Shown here: positions 37,073 through 48,990 of the stretch, piece by piece
Layout: each line of letters begins with the position of its first letter
Position numbering within the stretch: position 1 is the stretch's first letter
NCBI GenBank assembly: GCA_047495785.1
Contig: JBLDXI010000023.1
Coordinates: forward strand, 1,415,937 to 1,479,936
Length of the DNA stretch: 64,000 nucleotides
Direction: 5' to 3'
From: Lepidodermella squamata
Taxonomy: Eukaryota > Animalia > Gastrotricha
Position numbers and translations under genes: made by a program
Notes under the pieces: generated by a model
Databases searched by the model: none
What the model saw: only the letters and a program-made list of their open reading frames with translations
What the model was told of the DNA's origin: nothing

Positions 37073-37196
37073 GACGCAGCGATATCCTTTTTGTTGGTTG
37101 CGCTAAGATTGCGCCAACGCAACAAATCGAAGCACTGAGCAAGAGTTTGAAAAGTTGCTGTTAACAATATAAAGAAGCCTAAAAAAAGCTTTATCT

Positions 37197-37840
37197 CAGT
37201 GCTTCTCAACCTTTTTCCGTAGTGGGCCATTTTTTAATTCATTTTCCATCCCTGCGGGCCGCATGACTTAGGCCCTCGCCGGCGGGCCGCTACCACTGTA
37301 TTGTAAGAACACAGTGGGCCGCAAGTTTGTAATGTGAGCGAAATTCAATAGATATTGTTGCTGTTTAGTCGCTTATTTTATTGCCATGAAAATTGAAACA
37401 CAAAAAATTTAACAAATCTGGGCATTCACTAGTTAGTATTAATGAATTATTAATAAGTATTTTTAATAAGGGAATGGATGACTTTATTAATGGTATAAAC
37501 TGCGTTAAGCCCAGTGGCGTAGCCAGGATTTTTGTTTGGGGTCTGAGCTACATTCGGCCCAAAAAGTAACTATCAATTCGCGAGCGAAGCGAGCTTTAGT
37601 TGACGCTTTTTTGAGCATTTTCAACCCGAAAATGGTCTTAAATTGCTTTAAATTTGGAGGATTCATAGGAACCCTGTAGTTGGACTTCTCGGCATCAATT
37701 GGACCTTAAAGCTATAAAAAATGATTGACTACAACGCTTGCGGGCCGCAACCAATACAAGTTACCTATTTGAGTGCCGGGCCGCACAAAATCGGGCTGCG
37801 GGCCGCATGCGGCCCGAAATATGAAGGTTGAGAAGCACTG
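37197..37840. mobile_element. hAT (Charlie-like) MITE
   Basis: TIR CAGTGCTTCTCAACCTT; exact 8-bp TSD CTTTATCT; GCGGGCCGC subterminal repeats. Confidence 0.9.
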
Positions 37841-38727
37841 CTTTATCTACATCGAGAAGAAAGGCAACTTCCGAAGAATCAAATATTTTCCGATTATCTA
37901 GTAAAACTCATTCACCTCGTGAAAACTCGTCTCCACTCGCCTGCCGGCTCGTTCCGCCTCGATTTCACTCGTTTCATTCGTTTTACTCGATCTATATTCT
38001 ATATGAAAAACGACTTTTTAACTTGAATGAAGAAGCAAAAGCAAAAAACTTTTTACTTGTCACCCATCACCTTGAACTTGATGTAAACAAGCCTAAATCC
38101 GAGCTATTCAACGACGCTAACGATATCATACAAATATACACACGAATTCCAACAAATTTCTGAGCGAGTTTTCAGCATTGGAGTGCTGTCAGCGTGCACA
38201 GTAGTGGAGCACATCATTTACATGTCGGTTTTCAGTAGCCTGGGCTGCTCTAGGAACTAATATTACATTTTTTCGTTCTCCATCGACCAAAAAACTCAAA
38301 ACAAGTTGAAACTTACGAATGATGTTGGAAATAGCTCAGTTCGCGAAATATTCTGCATGTTCAGCTTCCGTTGAATGTGTTCACATTTCATTCGATCTCC
38401 ATTTCAAATTTGAAGCTCATATTGATAAATACTTTGGGGAAGAAAGTTATAGCTGCATTTCAAATCTGTTTGCCATTGGTTGGAGATTATTAGACGAATC
38501 AGGTGTGGATTTTATTCCTCAAGTTTCCACAAAATCGCCGTGAAATGACGTTCATGACATCAGAGCTTCAAATGACGTATGTACCTATATTCCAATTCGA
38601 ATCACGATTACCGGTCGTTTTTTCTACTCCGATGGGTCATTCAAAACTGATGCCATCTATTAGGGAACCAATTCCCAAATCAGAGTAAGTTGCTGATAAG
38701 CTGTGATAACAGGTGAAATCATGATTT

Positions 38728-39196
38728 TCATGGACCGATTGTTTCTCTTTTCTGATTCCTTTTTTTATACAGCCGTTTCAACTTGAACCACATTCGTACC
38801 TGAAGAAGAGAAGAATTTTTAAAAGGAACTCGGGTATGAAGTGTAAGCTTTATTGCCTTCTCGGTAGGATGTCCGATTGAGGTTGCTAGGCGTTCAGCTT
38901 GCTCACGTGTTATGAATTTGGAGATATTATATTCCTGAATAAATTGAATCACAATAGTGAGAGGATTCAAACAGTCCTTTGAATCTTAGAGCTTGAATCT
39001 TGAATCAATCACCTTTTCCAGAATGAGCCGCTGTTCCCATGTCAATGCTCTTCTTATTCGATGTCTATCAGGACCTCTCACTTTAGCACGGTGCTTTTCA
39101 AAGAAACGTTTCACAGTATCAAAAGGGATTTCCAATCGTTCAGCCAGACGTGTAATTCTGGTTCCCTCTAAATCTGAATTCTCATTGAATTCCTCC
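38728..39196 (-). pseudogene. Copy K: exons 5-7 only
   Basis: EFNENSDL...TWEQRLILEK|EYNISKFITREQAERLATSIGHPTEK|VRMWFKLKR...IGP*. Confidence 0.75.
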
Positions 39197-39245
39197 TACG
39201 TGAGGTGTAAAATTAACAACAGTATAACGCAAGGAAAATTGATGT

Positions 39246-40735
39246 TTATGGAGCGCTTGCTTCTTTCTTCTGTTTCTGTTTTTCGAAGGACCGTTTCCAC
39301 ACGAACCACCTTTTTATCTAAAGCGTTGATTTAACAGATTTTTAAAGGGAACATGCTTTATTTTGCCTTTTTAGTCGAAAATCCCATCGATGCAGCCAGT
39401 CGTTCCGCTTGCTCGCGTGTTGCGAATTTCGATTTTCGAAACTCCTGAACCGATTGAATCACAATTATGTCGCAAAGCAATCCAATTTAATCAAATATTT
39501 AACCTTTTCTAGAATAAGCCGCTGCTCCCAGGTCACTCGAATTTTACCAGGACCTCTGCATTTAGCTCGCTGAATTTTGAAGAAACTTGTTACAGTATCT
39601 GAAGGGATTCCCAGTCTTTCAGCAATTCGAGTTATTCCACTTTCCTTAAGATCTGGATTCTCATTGAATTCCTGAGCAAATAATGAAAAACCACATTGAT
39701 TGAAATGTCAAGCCCCAGCAAACCGGAGTCGACAGTTTTCGTTGGCCACGTTTCAGTATGGGGCAACGGGATGGCTCATTTCTCGCAATCCTTAGCTGCC
39801 TTCGCTTCATAGCGAAGAAATTTGTAACCTGTCTGAAAGTCAATCCAAACTTTTCAGCAATTGCTTGCCCTCTGCCGTCTTCCATTCGGCTCGATACTTC
39901 GAATTCCTGAGACAAAGCTTATTTCCACTATTGGAAGGTTTCATCAAAACTCACAGCATTTAGAGCGCAAATAATATTGGGATCGAGAGTTTCTTGCTTC
40001 TTTGCGAGGCCAGCTGATTTTCGCCGGTTAGAGAGCCAATTCTTGACCACGGTTCTTTTTAATCCAGTTTTCTTTGCCAAACCGCTATAAAGGGCATTGT
40101 CAAAGCTTTCGCCTCTCACCATTGTCGAATGGAATGCTTCCTGCAGTTCTGCCAGTTGGCAATCAGTGAATGCAAAAGATCCAGACTTTGCCATTCCGCG
40201 ACGGATTCCAATTCGCTCGCGTCCTATAGCGACAAGACGTCTGGCTTGATTTAATGTTATACCCACAATCTCGGCAATTTCTCGAAATCTATGATGTGAC
40301 GCAGTTGCATTCCGTAGGAATTCCTGATGAAAAATCAAATAAAATAGATTATTTCTGCTTTTCGGTTGATATCTGGCCCCACGTCGCTTCACAACTAACT
40401 TTCTCGAACATTTCCTTCTGCTGCTGTGTCAACTTCGTGCAAACGAATGTGTTTCGGTTGATACGATGCTTCCAGAAGAAATTTTGAACTTGGCGCTCTG
40501 TAAGGCCGTATTCTCTTGCCAGCAGCTGCTTTCTCGCTTTGAACAACCTAGGATCACGTTTCACCTCCGACACTAACAAGCTGTTTTTATCTTCCCCGAG
40601 AATATCTTCAAATCGCCAAATCTTCTTAGTTTTCACTCCAACTCCTTTTTCTCTTCTCTTGTGAAACCTGTTGGGTCTTGGCGTTACCTTCATCAAGTAA
40701 GAGACCTGATTGGCATTCAATTTAGTATCAGACAT
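39246..40735 (-). pseudogene. Copy L: multi-homeodomain pseudogene with internal deletions
   Basis: MSDTKLNANQVSYLMK exon 1; deletion removes the intron-1 acceptor and most of HD1; exon 4 lacks its normal 3' end; exons 5-7 present; closest to copies D and A. Confidence 0.8.
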
Positions 40736-41342
40736 GATGCCTAACAAAGCTAGTAATCCAAATAAGATGTGCAGTTAATAATCTACAAGAGAATCACAAA
40801 CGCGAACAATTTTATAGCTTATTCAACATCAATTAGATTTTTCCAGTTTTCAAGGAACTCATGGTCATTGTGATTTAGAGAAAATGGGTGAAAATCCATA
40901 AAAACAGGGTGCGAAGTACAGGGGTGCCGGGGTGTCACGACACCACAGCTCCGGGACTCAAACCAGATAAAAATGCATGAAAATTGCCATTGAAGCAGAT
41001 GCCATAGGCCTCAGGCACTCAGTGCTCTGGTTATAGGAAAACAACCTCGAACTTGAGAAATTGAGAAGTTCCATCGCAAGCCATCTCAAGCTTTCGAGGA
41101 GGGCCAATTTTGAACCTGCTGAATTGACATGGCAACCTACGATAAGATTCCATGAGCCATTTTGACGTTATACTATCGTGAAGGTTACCTTTGATAAGCA
41201 TTAGAAACGCTCGTATGAAATTATTTGATGCGAATTCAGATGTCATCATGCTTCAAATGATTACACCGAAGAAATCAAATACCAGCGTTTGAATCATTTT
41301 AATGTCAATCAAGAACTGTATAGGTATTTATTCCAATTATAT

Positions 41343-42730
41343 CAAGAAGACTGTCGTGGCCGGCTTGGATGTTCAGGCGGCCTACGATTCCGTGTGGCAC
41401 GCCGGGCTGATCCATAAGCTGGCCCAGCTGCCTCTCCCGCGAAATTTGGTCGGCTGGCTGGCCGACTATCTTCGCGACCGTCGTCTGCAGGCTCGCGTGG
41501 CGGGCTCGCTGAGTCGTCAAGTCGTCGTCCATTGCGGGGTGCCGCAGGGTTCCCCGTTGTCGCCGCTTCTCTACATTCTGTACACCGCCGATTTGCTGTC
41601 CGCCCCAAGCGTGGGTGGCACGTTGCTGCAGGCCTACGCGGACGATCTAACTGTCGTCGGCGAGGGTGGCACGTTCCCTGCTGCTCAGCGTCGCCTCCAA
41701 TTGGAGCTCACTCGTATTTCCGACTGGGCCAAGAAATGGCGCCAGAAGTTTAATCCCGCGAAGAGCGAAGTTATGCCCTTTGGTAACGCGTCCGTTGCTG
41801 TTAGGCTCAACGGAGCCGTAATTCCGCAAGTCGAGTCGTTACGAGTTCTCGGTGTTCACTTGGACCCTAAACTGACGTGGAAAGTTCATGTGGACAAGGT
41901 CTCTGACCGTTGCCGCAGAAATCTGGGTTTTTTCAAACATCTCATGTTCACCCCTGGGCTGTCGCGCCGCTGGCGCCGCACCCTTTACTTGACTCTGGTC
42001 CGTTCGTGCTGGTCTTATGGGACCATTTGTCTGGCTAGCGCCTCGAAGCAACAGCTTAATCGTCTCGCAGTCATCCAAAATGATAGCCTGCGTGCAATGC
42101 TCCACATTCGTCGGGACGACAGGGTCCGCGTGTCGGAGTTGGAATCTCGTTGCCGCATCCCGAGCGTCCCTCGGTTTCTGGAACAGTGCCAGCGCCGTTA
42201 TGTCGCCAAAGCCGCTCAGTTTGTCCTGCCGCTGCGCGAGGACCTCGAGAGCGTCCGCCTGATGGCCCGCCCCCCTCCGCGCTCGCCCTTCGTTCTGTTG
42301 AGCAGCAGACTTCCTCGTGGTCCTCTGCCCGACTTCATAGGCTAGGCTGTTATTCTCTTTTCTCCCATCTTCTCTCCTATATCTTCCCTCTTTTTTCTTC
42401 ATCTCTTCTTTCATGTTGTTTTTTTTCCTCTACAGGCTGCCTTGCTTTTTTATAAAATTCCTCCGTTAGCTACCGTTGTCTCCGCCATATTTTCTCTTTC
42501 TTACCTATACCGCAATTCTCTGTAATGTGTTTCTCTCTGCTGTCGATAACTACCCTGCAACTGATAAAACCCTCGCCATCTCCCTCTCCGTCTCTTACGT
42601 GCCCCATCAATATGATGAGCATGGATACATCTTACTCGCACGCGCCTCTTGTTCCATAGTCTTATTAGAGAGTTATTTTGTCTATTTTTTATTTGGAAAG
42701 AGGACAACAATAAAGATTTTTATGTTTTTT
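41343..42730 (+). mobile_element. 5'-truncated LINE family 2 (open RT C-terminal half + distinct 3'UTR)
   Basis: Uninterrupted frame to 42345 with LDVQAAYD, GVPQGS, YADD; related to but clearly diverged from family 1; 3'UTR ends AATAAAGATTTTTATGTTTTTAT. Confidence 0.9.
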
Positions 42731-42876
42731 ATCCACACACGATTCACGGTCACTTTGCTGTACTGAAAATTAATAATGTTAATATTAATAATGTTTAACA
42801 GAATCCCCAGAGTGAATTGCTCAGGTAATTATCCGTTGTTAGGTTCAAAATATGAACAGGAGAAAGCATGATGTTC

Positions 42877-43620
42877 ACGAACCTGATGCTTCTCCCTTCT
42901 GCTTCTTCTTATCATTTAACCTTTTGGCTTTTGGAGCAGAACCACCTCTTTATCTACCAAATGGAAGAATGAACTCGGAAATGAAGGCGAGCTGAAGCTT
43001 GCCTTTTCAGTCGGACATCCGATTGATCCAGCTAGGCGTTCGGCTTGCTCGTGCTTAACGAATTTCGACGTTTCATACACCTAAATTATTTGGAATCTCA
43101 ATGATGAAGCGAATCAACATTTCCAACTCTTAAAACTTATACAATCACCTTTTCCAGAACAAGTCGCTGTTCCCGCAAACGCCTGAAAAACTCCTGAAGA
43201 ACAATACCTACTACTGAAACATCTTAACTTTGCATCAAGGGTGAACTTAGGACATTTGGAAAGCTGGTACTGAATTGATCGAGAGCTAATCGCTTCTTTC
43301 CGAGACCAACAGATTTGCGCTTGGTAATGAACCAATTCCTGAGCACGTACTTTCTCAATCCGGTTTTCTCAGCCAAGCTTTGATAGAAAGCATCGTCAAA
43401 TCTATCGCCTCTAGCCATTGTTGATTGGAATTCTTTTTGTAGTTGTGCCAGCTGAGAATTTGTCAATCGAATGGGTTCGGATTTTGCTTTTCTACCGCGG
43501 AGTCCTACTTTAGCTCGTCGTTTTAAGATAAGATGTGTGGCCTGATTAACGGTTATGCCCAAGGCCTCAGCCACTTCACGGTATCTGTGTTCCGAAGCGC
43601 CCGGATTCAGTTCGAATTCC
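42877..43620 (-). pseudogene. Copy M: multi-homeodomain pseudogene (exon 3, exons 4-5 mostly deleted, exons 6-7)
   Basis: EFELNPGASEHRYREVAEALG...LRNWFITKRK; closest to copies C and G. Confidence 0.75.
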
Positions 43621-44197
43621 TGTGAAAATTAATCAACATATTTAGCACTTATCAGTCGGACGTTGCAACGGACGTTGACAAATCAGACACTACTGACAGT
43701 TTAGATTCTTTATTACAAAACATTTGATGCAGCCAGTACCGTAATTCGGTACAACTTTGAACAGGTACAACTTTGAACATTTCACGCAAATCAGGTTTTC
43801 TCTGTAATCATGGGGATCTACCGCTTAGGAATTTTACTGAATATAGGTCTCGTTGAGATCTAACATTTTGCCAAGTTTCATCAACACAGCCCCCACAGTC
43901 TCTTCCCTAAAAATTCCCGAAAAAACAACGTTTTTGGTCTACTTTGAAGTGTTGCCCTGCGATAACCGTAGCAGGTATTCGCGAGGTCCAACTTGGTGAA
44001 TTCATGCTTATAATTTTCTGAAGAAGTAGCCAAAAAGGCACGCCCTTCTATAGAGTGGTTTTCGCGTGGCATGCGCTCAAAGTTGCAAGGGTAGCCGGTA
44101 CAACTTTGAACACTCGAAAGTACAACTTTGAACACGATAGAAATTCATTATTTTTACTTCGAGGAGAAAGTTTCAAGTTTTTTATCGACTTTTTTCG

Positions 44198-47100
44198 CTA
44201 AATTCTAAATTCAAATATTTATTGTTCATTGATATGGGAGACAAAATAAGTAAAGATATCAATGACGCGGGGTCGCGAGATTATATGCGCTTGCCGGCGG
44301 CAGTGCGCTGTGGACACAAGTGGGCGGGGTGATGGATGATTTATCGAAAGCAGACAGGCACGTAAACAAAGCGAGGGAGAATGGGAGGAAGAAGAAGGGA
44401 AGAGAGAAGAGAAAGCAAAGGATAGAGGGAGAGGGAGAGGCGGCAAGATCAGACATCGAAAGTGGGCAAAGGACCCCGAGGAAGCCTGCTGGCGATCGAG
44501 GCCAGCGGGGAACGGGGCACCGGGTTCGCGGAGAGGCGGAGTCGCTCAACTTCTTCTCTAAGAGGGAGGACGAACCGGACTGCATTCGCAGCATAACGGC
44601 GCTGGGTCTGTTCGAAAAAGGCAGGCAGGCTCTTCACGCCACAGCGGCGTTCCAGCTCCGAGACACGGACCCGGTCATCGCGGCGGATGTTTAGCAGGCT
44701 GCGCAGACAGTCGTTCTGCAACACATCAAGCCGCTTCAGCTGCCTCTTGGGCGCGGTACAAAACACGACGTTGCCGTAAGTGGCGGCGGAGCGGACAAGG
44801 CTGAGGTAGGCGGTGCGACGCCATCGGCGAGAGAGGCCAGGGGTGCAGGCAATACGGCGAAAGTGGGACAGGTTCCGGGTGCAGCGGTTGATGACCTGGT
44901 CCACGTGCGACTTCCAAGTCAGCTTGGCGTCAAGGTGCACGCCGAGGACACGAAGCACGGCAACTTGAGGGATCGTCGAGCCGTCGAGGTGCAGACGGGT
45001 CTGGTACGAGCGCCAGGCAAACGGCATTGCTTCGCTTTTCGACGCGTTAAACTTCTGGCGCCACTCGCGGGCCCACTGCGATCGATCTCTGCCTGGGTGC
45101 AGCGTTCGGCCTCCTGGAAATTCCACCCTCGCCGACGACTGTGAGATCGTCAGCATAGGCGTCTAGGGAACAGCCGGGGGCAGTCGGCGCAGTTAGAAGG
45201 TCAGCAGTGTACATGATGTACAGTAGGGGCGACAGGGGCGAGCCTTGCGGTACCCCGCAGTTCACAGTCCGCTGCTGGCTGAGGAAGCCGGCGACGCGCG
45301 CTTGAAGCTTCCGGTCTCGCAGGAAATCGGTCAGCCAGGCGGCCAGGTTTCGAGGTAGAGGCAGTTCGGCGAGTTTGAAGGCAAGGCCGACACTCCACAC
45401 GGAATCGTACGCCGCTTGTACGTCAAGGCCGACGACGACGACCTTACGGTTACGCGACCGGCCGAGGTGGACGCGGTGCGCGATTCGCAGCGGTACGTCC
45501 GGAGCGGATCGGTGAGCACGGAACGCGTACTGGTTGTCAGGCAGCAGGCTGAGATCCTCCAGGAACCCACCCAACCAGCGCGCGATGATCGATTCGAGTA
45601 GCTTGCCGTCAACTGGGAGCAGCGAGATCGGCCGCTGAGACGAGACGGCGCCATGCGGTTTACCGGTTTTAGGCACAGGGATGACGGCAGCCTCCTTCCA
45701 TTCCGGCAGAACGCATCGGGAGCCGAGGCTGAGGTTAAACAGATGGCGAAGGTGGCGCTGAAGCGGCGGCCCGCCCCATTTGTAGAATAGAGGACTGATG
45801 CCGTCCAGCCCAGGCGCCTTAAACGGCTTGAGGCGCCCGACTGCATCAGCCACCATGCGCTGGCTGACGGAGAACTCACCCGGGCCGGGTAGCTGCAGGG
45901 TATCGGTACGCTGAAGATCAGGATCGGTGGAAATGAATCGCTCTATATCGGCCCAACGTTGTCTGGTCGCAGCATCGGCAGCCGGGTCTTCATACGGCGT
46001 CATCGGCTTGACGAACTGACTCAGGAGAGCATCTGCGAGCTCAGGCGATGGCGCTAAGACGCGGCCGTCATCCAGTTTCATGGGCCCAGCCGAACGCGGC
46101 GGCCTGTGTCGGTCGAGACGGCGGAGGCGCTCCCACGCTTCTCGGTAACGGTGCTGGGCAGATAGCGCTTCAACCATTCGAAGATTGGCGATGTCGCGAC
46201 GGAGAAGATGAGCGTGCTGCGCAGCGCGGAACCGGGCGTCGAGATCTTTGAGCCGGGCGCATAGCTCGCGGTCGACGTGGTTGCCCAGAGCACGTTCCAG
46301 AACCCGCTTCTCCTGAAGAAGCCTGCGCATCTCCAGGCTCATGGCGATGCGTCGCAGCTGCCCCGGCGCACAGACGGGCACGCGAAGGTCGCGGGACTCG
46401 GCGATAGCGCTGGTTACTTCTCGGCGATAGGCGGCAAGTCGTGGGAAGGGGTCCCCGGGAGCTGGCACCTGAATGGCAAGGAGCTTAGCAGTTAAGGTGC
46501 GGGAAAAACCGAGACGATCGGCGCGCGAGACATCGTACCGCGGAAACGGATCCGGAGCGGGAGGGTCGACTGCAGGCAGCCGCCGGCCAACTGGGAAGGC
46601 GACAGCGACTGAGGTCACGAAATGGTCACTGGTATATCGATCGCCAACGTGAGCGCCGCCGCGCAGAAGGCGCATGGCAGCGTCGTTAAGCACCCATACA
46701 TCGCGCGTGGATAGCGAACCGGAGGAGGGATGCAGATGAGTCGGCTTCGGAGACGGAAGGACGGTAAGACCGAGCCGAGTCGCGGCGTGGTGGAGGGAGA
46801 AGCCGTTGGCGTTTCAGAGGTCGCCCTTCCCCCACAGTGGTGATTTCGCGTTCAGGTCGCCGCCAAAGAAACACGGGACAGCCAGACGAGCAGCTTCAGC
46901 GAACTCCTCCTCAAACCAGCGCAGGTCGAGACGGGACGACGGCGGACAGTAGCCGGTAAACACACGTACTGCTTCACAACGGCGACCAGGCAGCAGGTCG
47001 AGGCGTATCCACTCGCTTCTCTTCGCCCCAGTCAAGGCCAGCTTCCGCTCGGAGACGACAACCGCCCCTTCGCGAACCAGGATCGCCGACCCGCCATGCG

Positions 47101-48990
47101 CGTCACCAAGCAAGGCTTCTGCAGAGTCCTGTGCCCTATCACAACGAAAGATCGCGTACCCGTCGAGGGAGACAGAGGTAAGAGAATAGAAGAAAGACTC
47201 GTTAATCAGAAAAGCAACCGGATTAAAATCATCAATAACACAATAAAATTCAAACGTTTTGTCATTACCACCACGGCAGTTCCATTGCGTCAGAAAGTCA
47301 CAGTCTACCATGTTGATCCAGGCTCGGTCGGGGGCAACGCGGCAGCCGGGGACATATGAAACAGCAAGCCACGAGACGACCCGCGCGGGGCCGAGACGGG
47401 AGACGGCGGAGGAGCTGAGGCAGGGGGCGGCGGGCCACCAGCCGCGCGAACGGGAGGCGCATGCACGACCGCCTTGACAAGGCCCGTGATCTCAACGAAG
47501 GCGTTCTCCAGCCGTAGAAGACGCTGGCCGTAGGCAACCTCCTTTTCCTCGAACTTCTTCAGGCGGGCGTCCATCATTTCGAACAAACGAGCGCCGTCGA
47601 GCGTCTGGAACTGGTTACGGATAGCAGGGTTAACAGGCGGGAGTTGCGGTGGGGGCGGCGGCGCGGAGCCGACAAGATCGCGAGTGGCAACCCGGAAGAC
47701 GCGGCCCGGAGGGGGCTGAGGCGGCGCGGTCGGTGGCGTGACCTTCTTTTGTCGAGCGACACCAGCACGCCTCGCCTCGGCGCGGGCAGCACGGGACTCG
47801 GCCTCCTGCACTTTAGCGGCCTTGAACTGAGGACAGCCGCGCCAGAGACTGGAGTGGCGAGGCGAGCCACCGTCCGGACAGTTGACGCAGGCGAGGGATT
47901 CGCGCGGCGCTTCGCACTGGGCGGTTTTGTGGTTCGGCGAGGCGCAGCGACCACACAGGAGGTCTTTCTCTGCCGCAGCACAGTCAACTTCGACGTGCCC
48001 AAACCGGGCGCAGCGCATACACTTAGGCGGAAGGAGGCCGTCCTTGAGAGGGCGGCACTTGATACGGCGATTCAGGAACTCGAGGCCGAGGGTGAGAGCC
48101 TCGTCGCGTAACGCTTGTGTCTTGAGGACGACGACGCGGAGCGGGTCATCGCCGGGGGTGTGAACTGGCATGTCACGAATTTCGACGACGTTCGTCAGGT
48201 GCTTCAGAAGCTGGTCGGTGGTATAGAACCCAGGCAGCCGGGCAGTGATCACCGAACGACTGTCCTTGTCAGCTTGCTTGGACTTAGCAGCCTTAGGGTC
48301 TGGCTGGCCGGGGCGGTGGACGCGAAATGCGGAGCCGCGAAAGGCCTCAGGAGCGAACCCATCGCGGTCGAGAAGGCGCTGAGCATCAGCGGGGGTTTTA
48401 CAGATGATACGCAAGCCACCACTAGCCATGACAACAACGGTTTCGGGCCGAAGCCAGGCGACAGCCTCGTAGAGTTTGGGCTCAAGTTCGTGCCGTCGAA
48501 TGCCGTGTATTCCATCGATTATGACAGTGCGAAAAGAACCGGTGTTGGCAGCAGTGGACGGAGCAGGGGCAGCACCCGCAGCCCGCAGGAGGAGCGCCTT
48601 GAGGCGGCGGCTTAACACGAGAGTCAGGGGTCGCCGGGTGCGACGACGGGCGCTGAGACGAGGCCGTGGACGTGGCCGCGCCAGCATAGGTGAGCGTAGG
48701 TGGCTCGTCGCCACTCTCGTCAGCCGAGTCCATGTGGACCTCGCCACTAACCGAGAGAGTCTCCGGGCAACCCTTTGCGGCCTTGAGCGCCGCGATCATC
48801 TTCAGCACATTGGCGATGTCAGCAGCGTCCAGGCCCCTCAGAGCCTTAAACAGGGAAAGTGTAGGAGCTGCCTTCTTCTTCTTCTTCCCGCCTTTATTGC
48901 CGGCCATCGTAAGAAGTAGTTAAGTAAGTGTACCGCTGCAGTAGCGCAAGCAGAAACACAAATACGTGTAAAAACCTCAGAAAATTCGTA
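44198..48990 (-). mobile_element. Full-length LINE family 1, inverted copy, defective
   Basis: ORF1 48907-47305, ORF2 47311-44449; shares the ORF1 frameshift and the first TGA; has TGG where the left copy has its second TGA; two small deletions in the RT; tail GAATTTAGAATTTAG. Confidence 0.92.

Larger units (their letters stand above)
34988..37135 (-). pseudogene. Copy J: multi-homeodomain paralog (exons 2-4), exon 2 split by a LINE
   Basis: CFDLLRWRNLS...DIA at 37135-37075 continues at 35938 into LKNWFHTRKR; exons 3-4 at ~35587-34988. Confidence 0.8.

Noticed and set aside
43735-44135. Element with repeated TACAACTTTGAACA motifs next to the right LINE
   Set aside because: Probably a DNA-transposon fragment, but only direct repeats are visible; no paired TIR or TSD to define it.
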